From: Marispirochaeta sp.
GTDB taxonomy: Bacteria; Spirochaetota; Spirochaetia; JC444; Marispirochaetaceae
NCBI GenBank assembly: GCA_963676835.2
Contig: CAXXFF010000002.1
Coordinates: 1,376,001 to 1,440,000 of the forward strand
Length of the DNA stretch: 64,000 bases
Direction: 5' to 3'
Both the position numbers and the translations under genes were made by a program. Positions within the stretch are counted from its first letter, which is position 1; each line of letters starts with the position of its first letter. Shown piece by piece: positions 60,781 through 64,000 of the stretch. The notes below the pieces were generated by a model that ran no database searches, was not told where the DNA came from, and was given only the letters and a program-made list of their open reading frames with translations.

Positions 60781-62111
60781 CTGGCGCTCCAGAAAAGCCG
60801 GTTATCTTCACTGTCCAGGATCAGTTCTATTGCTATGACCAGCCAGGCGGTGGATGCCACCGAGGGCCAGGTGGAAAACTGATGGGGCACTTCAAGGGTG
60901 GAGTAGGGGATTCCTCCATCAACTGCAATGGAGGCTGCAGTCCGGATGATTTCCAGGGGTGACCGGAAATCTCCTGCTTTTACCAGAGCAGCTGCCATTC
61001 CTAAAGCACCTTCGGGCCAGTTGATGTCCATTTCCCGCCAGGTAAGGCCATTCTTTCCGAATATTGCCGCAGTCACCGCAGGGTTTTCATATACCGGGTC
61101 ATCCGCATAGGGCCGGTACTGGCCGGGCTGTTTATTGGAAAAACGCTCCACCCCGGTATTCAGGGTAGTGTCCGCTTTTTCTGTTTCCCCCGCCGCCCGT
61201 AAAAACATGGAGCCCCAGCTGGCTGTGTCCAGTGGCAGTACGGTGTCTCTCTTTCCCTCTTTTTTAATTCCCTGAATAATCTGGGATTTTTCACTGTCCC
61301 ACATATTCAGCAGTCCCTGGTATGTAAGGGAGGCTGCAGTCCGCCAGCGCTCTTCGCCGGTTAGATCTGCCAGCCCGGAGAAGAGAAACCATGCATCTAT
61401 ATTGTGTTCAGCGCTGACCCACTCAAGGGGAGCGTCGGAGTAGCTGGTCTCAACGGTTCCGCCGTTGTCCTTAAGTATATGTGCTCCCATGCCGCCGGTT
61501 ACCAGGCCGAAGCGGGGATCGTTCCGGTCGATTATCTGGAGTGACTGAAGATGTCCGGCCACTTTCTCGGCCAGATAGAGGATGCGTTTGTTTATGCGGT
61601 CTGAAAGGTCCACCTCGCCGTCGGTACTCCGGCGTTTCTGCAGGTAAAAAACGGCTGCATAGCCGGCCCATGCGGAAGCTCCGCTGCGGACGGTTGCTTC
61701 GCTGTGGTCCTCTTCGGAGGGCCAGTTGTTATGCAGGTTAAAACCAAACCAGAGACTTCCGTCTCTGCGAAGCTGCCGTGACAGACTGAAAAGCAGGTCT
61801 TCAGCCTCCCGGTAGCGTTCGCACATGGTAAAGGCAATTGCCGTCAGGGCATCATCGTAGGTATAGGATCTTCCGCGGACGTAAGGGTAGGCCGGGTCGT
61901 TTTCATCAACGCGGTAGCTGATAATAAGGTTGCGGCGCTGGGGAACTGCTTTATCCAGCATACTGTTTGGTGGAATCTGTGCTTCAAGCCAGGCAAGTGC
62001 CTGATCTCTATAGCTGGTAAGCTCTTCCTGTGTATCCGCCGGGACGGCACTTAGATGTACAGCAAATCCGAATCCAGCAAGCAGCAGGCCGCAAATTTTC
62101 CCCATATTCAT
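60777..62111 (-). CDS. Secreted (alpha/alpha)6 six-hairpin glycosidase-like protein
   Basis: Signal peptide; YTYDDAL, SAEHNID, LDTASW, WPEG and STAW motifs; ATGA overlap with the deacetylase gene. Confidence 0.6.
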   Translation of the reverse strand: MNMGKICGLLLAGFGFAVHLSAVPADTQEELTSYRDQALAWLEAQIPPNSMLDKAVPQRRNLIISYRVDENDPAYPYVRGRSYTYDDALTAIAFTMCERYREAEDLLFSLSRQLRRDGSLWFGFNLHNNWPSEEDHSEATVRSGASAWAGYAAVFYLQKRRSTDGEVDLSDRINKRILYLAEKVAGHLQSLQIIDRNDPRFGLVTGGMGAHILKDNGGTVETSYSDAPLEWVSAEHNIDAWFLFSGLADLTGEERWRTAASLTYQGLLNMWDSEKSQIIQGIKKEGKRDTVLPLDTASWGSMFLRAAGETEKADTTLNTGVERFSNKQPGQYRPYADDPVYENPAVTAAIFGKNGLTWREMDINWPEGALGMAAALVKAGDFRSPLEIIRTAASIAVDGGIPYSTLEVPHQFSTWPSVASTAWLVIAIELILDSEDNRLFWSAR

Positions 62112-62207
62112 TGTTCTAATGTACAACGCAGCAGGGGAAAATACGAGGGGATTTTCCGGGTAGCACCCTTGCTGCTAATGGGGGATAATAGAATGCGGAG
62201 GCAGTAT

Positions 62208-63194
62208 ATGGAAATGACAGATCTCGGCCCTTTACGGGTTTCCCGTTTTACCCTTGGAACCTGGTCTTTTGCAGGCGGCGGAATATGGGGAGACCGGCAG
62301 AAGCCGGAGTCCATCCGCATTGTTCACCGGGCAATGGCTGCGGGAGTTAACCTGATAGATACCGCCGAAGGCTACGGCGATGGAGCAAGCGAAGAGGTTG
62401 TGGGAGAAGCAGTCGCGGGGCGTCGGGGCTCTGTTTTCCTGGCTACTAAATTTCTTCCCCAGCGCATCAGCAGGCCTGAGGATATTCGAACCATGTGCGA
62501 AGCAAGCCTCAGCCGCCTTAAAACCGATTATATTGACCTTTATCAGCAGCACTGGCCCTTCGAGAATCCGGACTTTTCCGCAGATGATGTTCAGAAGGTT
62601 GTGGAGGACCTTATTGCAGAAGGAAAGATCTGCCACTTCGGTGTCTGCAATTTCGGACCCGGGGATCTTGAAGCAGGCACGCTGCCGCTGATAAGCGATC
62701 AGGTAGCCTACAGCCTGGCATTCCGGGCTATCGAGTTTGAGATGCTTCCATACCTGAAAAAGCGCGGGCTGGGGGTTCTGACCTACAGTGCTCTCATGCA
62801 GGGGCTACTGTCGGGTAAATATTTGTCTCCGGAAGAGTTCCCCGCAGGTAGAAAGCGGACACGCCATTTTTCCGGAGCTAACGAGGCTGCCCGGCATGGT
62901 GAGGCGGGATACGAAGATCTTACCTTTACCCTGATCCGCAGGCTCAAGGAAATTGCTGCCGAGGCCGGGCTGACCCTGCCTGCCTGCGGCACCGGTTGGG
63001 TGCTGGCCCAGCCGGGAGTAAGCTCGGTGATAGCCGGTGCCGGTACGGAACAGCAGCTTGAAGAGAACCTGAAGCACTTTGATACAGCCTTGAGCGGGGA
63101 TGTTCGTACAGAGCTGACCCGGGCCTCGGAAGAGCTGAAAACGGCAATGGGGCCCAATGCGGATCTCTGGCAGGGGCAAAGCCGGATAAGCTGA
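62208..63194 (+). CDS. Aldo/keto reductase
   Basis: LGTW, DTAEGYGDGASEE, LATK, SLSRLKTDYIDLYQQHWP, GVCNF and YSALMQGLLSGK; GGAGG RBS. Confidence 0.94.
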   Translation: MEMTDLGPLRVSRFTLGTWSFAGGGIWGDRQKPESIRIVHRAMAAGVNLIDTAEGYGDGASEEVVGEAVAGRRGSVFLATKFLPQRISRPEDIRTMCEASLSRLKTDYIDLYQQHWPFENPDFSADDVQKVVEDLIAEGKICHFGVCNFGPGDLEAGTLPLISDQVAYSLAFRAIEFEMLPYLKKRGLGVLTYSALMQGLLSGKYLSPEEFPAGRKRTRHFSGANEAARHGEAGYEDLTFTLIRRLKEIAAEAGLTLPACGTGWVLAQPGVSSVIAGAGTEQQLEENLKHFDTALSGDVRTELTRASEELKTAMGPNADLWQGQSRIS

Positions 63195-63262
63195 TTTTTA
63201 TTCATAAAGAAAATCATGCCGATTAAGTTGAGAAATCCATGGGTTTTTCAAATACTATAGGT

Positions 63263-63376
63263 ATGAAAGGAAATTTAAATATTGATACCACTAAAATGGA
63301 GGCCGCAGTTAAAAGGGCGGACAAGCTGCTCTATGCCTGTAAGCATAACGGGCGTAATTGCCTTCGTCTGGGGTGA
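63263..63376 (+). pseudogene. 37-aa ORF matching only the C-terminal helix and strand of a GGDEF domain
   Basis: Manual translation MKGNLNIDTTKMEAAVKRADKLLYACKHNGRNCLRLG matches the RAD-x-ALY-x-AK-xx-GRN consensus. Confidence 0.55.
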
Positions 63377-63447
63377 CAGGACTAAAGGGTTGATATATCA
63401 GAATGGCCGTTCTTGACATTCCGTTTGCCGGAAACAACAATTTAATT

Positions 63448-64000
63448 ATGGTTAAAAGAATTCTCAGCAGTTTGTTTCTGAAACAACCGGTATTTCTGTT
63501 TTTAACTGTTTTTCTTGTCCTGGGTTTTCCTCTAACTGCGAAAGAGCCGGTAAAAATTGTTATTATGGAAACAATGCCCGTTCCTGCTCTGCTGGAAAAT
63601 GTAAATTCCTGTTTGCGGGAACTTGGAAATCTGGGATATACCAATTCAACTACGCAAATCATACATATTAAGGCAGCAGGAAGCCGGGAAAAGGCGGAGA
63701 ATGAACTATCGAAGCTTTTAGATACTTCCAGGCCGGATATTATAATCAGCTTTGCCACCCTGGCAAGTTTAACAGCAGTAAAGCTTACCGAACAATCCGG
63801 CATACCTGTTGTCTTTGCTCAGGTTTCAGATCCTCTAGGTTCCGGTATTGTCTCGTCCATGGATGCCCGACCGGAGTCTAATGTTACGGGAATAATTTTT
63901 ACTATTCCCCGGCGTGTAAAACTGCGCCATGCCCTCTCTGTTCTTCCGTACTCTCCATCGGCTGAAAAGCCTCTCCGTATCGGGTTTATTCACTCCTCAT
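63448..64000 (+). CDS. ABC_sub_bind-type substrate-binding protein (partial, runs off the window edge)
   Basis: Manual translation from ATG 63448: signal peptide, PDIIISFATLA, IPVVFAQVSDPLGSGIV, NVTG and RIGFIH. Confidence 0.8.
   Translation, partial: MVKRILSSLFLKQPVFLFLTVFLVLGFPLTAKEPVKIVIMETMPVPALLENVNSCLRELGNLGYTNSTTQIIHIKAAGSREKAENELSKLLDTSRPDIIISFATLASLTAVKLTEQSGIPVVFAQVSDPLGSGIVSSMDARPESNVTGIIFTIPRRVKLRHALSVLPYSPSAEKPLRIGFIHSS

Overview
Gene-dense bacterial chromosome segment of moderate GC content, probably a free-living Spirochaetota member (inferred from the 'AGGQ(K/E)E' signature after signal peptides and Treponema/Leptospira-type secreted domains). The left part (1-27 kb) is housekeeping and signalling: an amino-acid ABC transporter, a PpiC foldase, msrB, a USP, glnS, cheW, an ECF-PanT/coaX pantothenate-salvage operon with a pan-motif-like leader hairpin, csoR, rluA, tRNA-Asp, a Cache-PAS-GGDEF-EAL protein, an adenylate cyclase, gntR-uxuA and an orphan DmsA-family molybdoenzyme. 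The centre (28.1-53.6 kb) is the most interesting region: an apparent RpiR-controlled catabolic island of three transcription units that share a 14-bp palindrome (RTTGR-N4-YCAAY). Unit 1 is cysteine desulfidase-sucCD-sucAB-lpdA. Unit 2 is a UroD/MtaA-fold enzyme, an M20 hydrolase, an amidohydrolase, a TRAP transporter and a PQ-loop protein. Unit 3 is rpiR, a peptide ABC transporter, a second UroD/MtaA-fold enzyme, a C45 hydrolase and an atypical M24 hydrolase. I infer an uncharacterised pathway for an S-substituted cysteine or peptide conjugate. The right part has a patatin-Omp85 protein, secreted hypotheticals, a two-gene exported glycan-modifying module, an aldo/keto reductase and a GGDEF-tail mini-ORF. 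Two copies of a ~150-bp palindromic MITE-like element and several apparently leaderless genes are also visible. All calls come from motif recognition by eye; no database searches were run.
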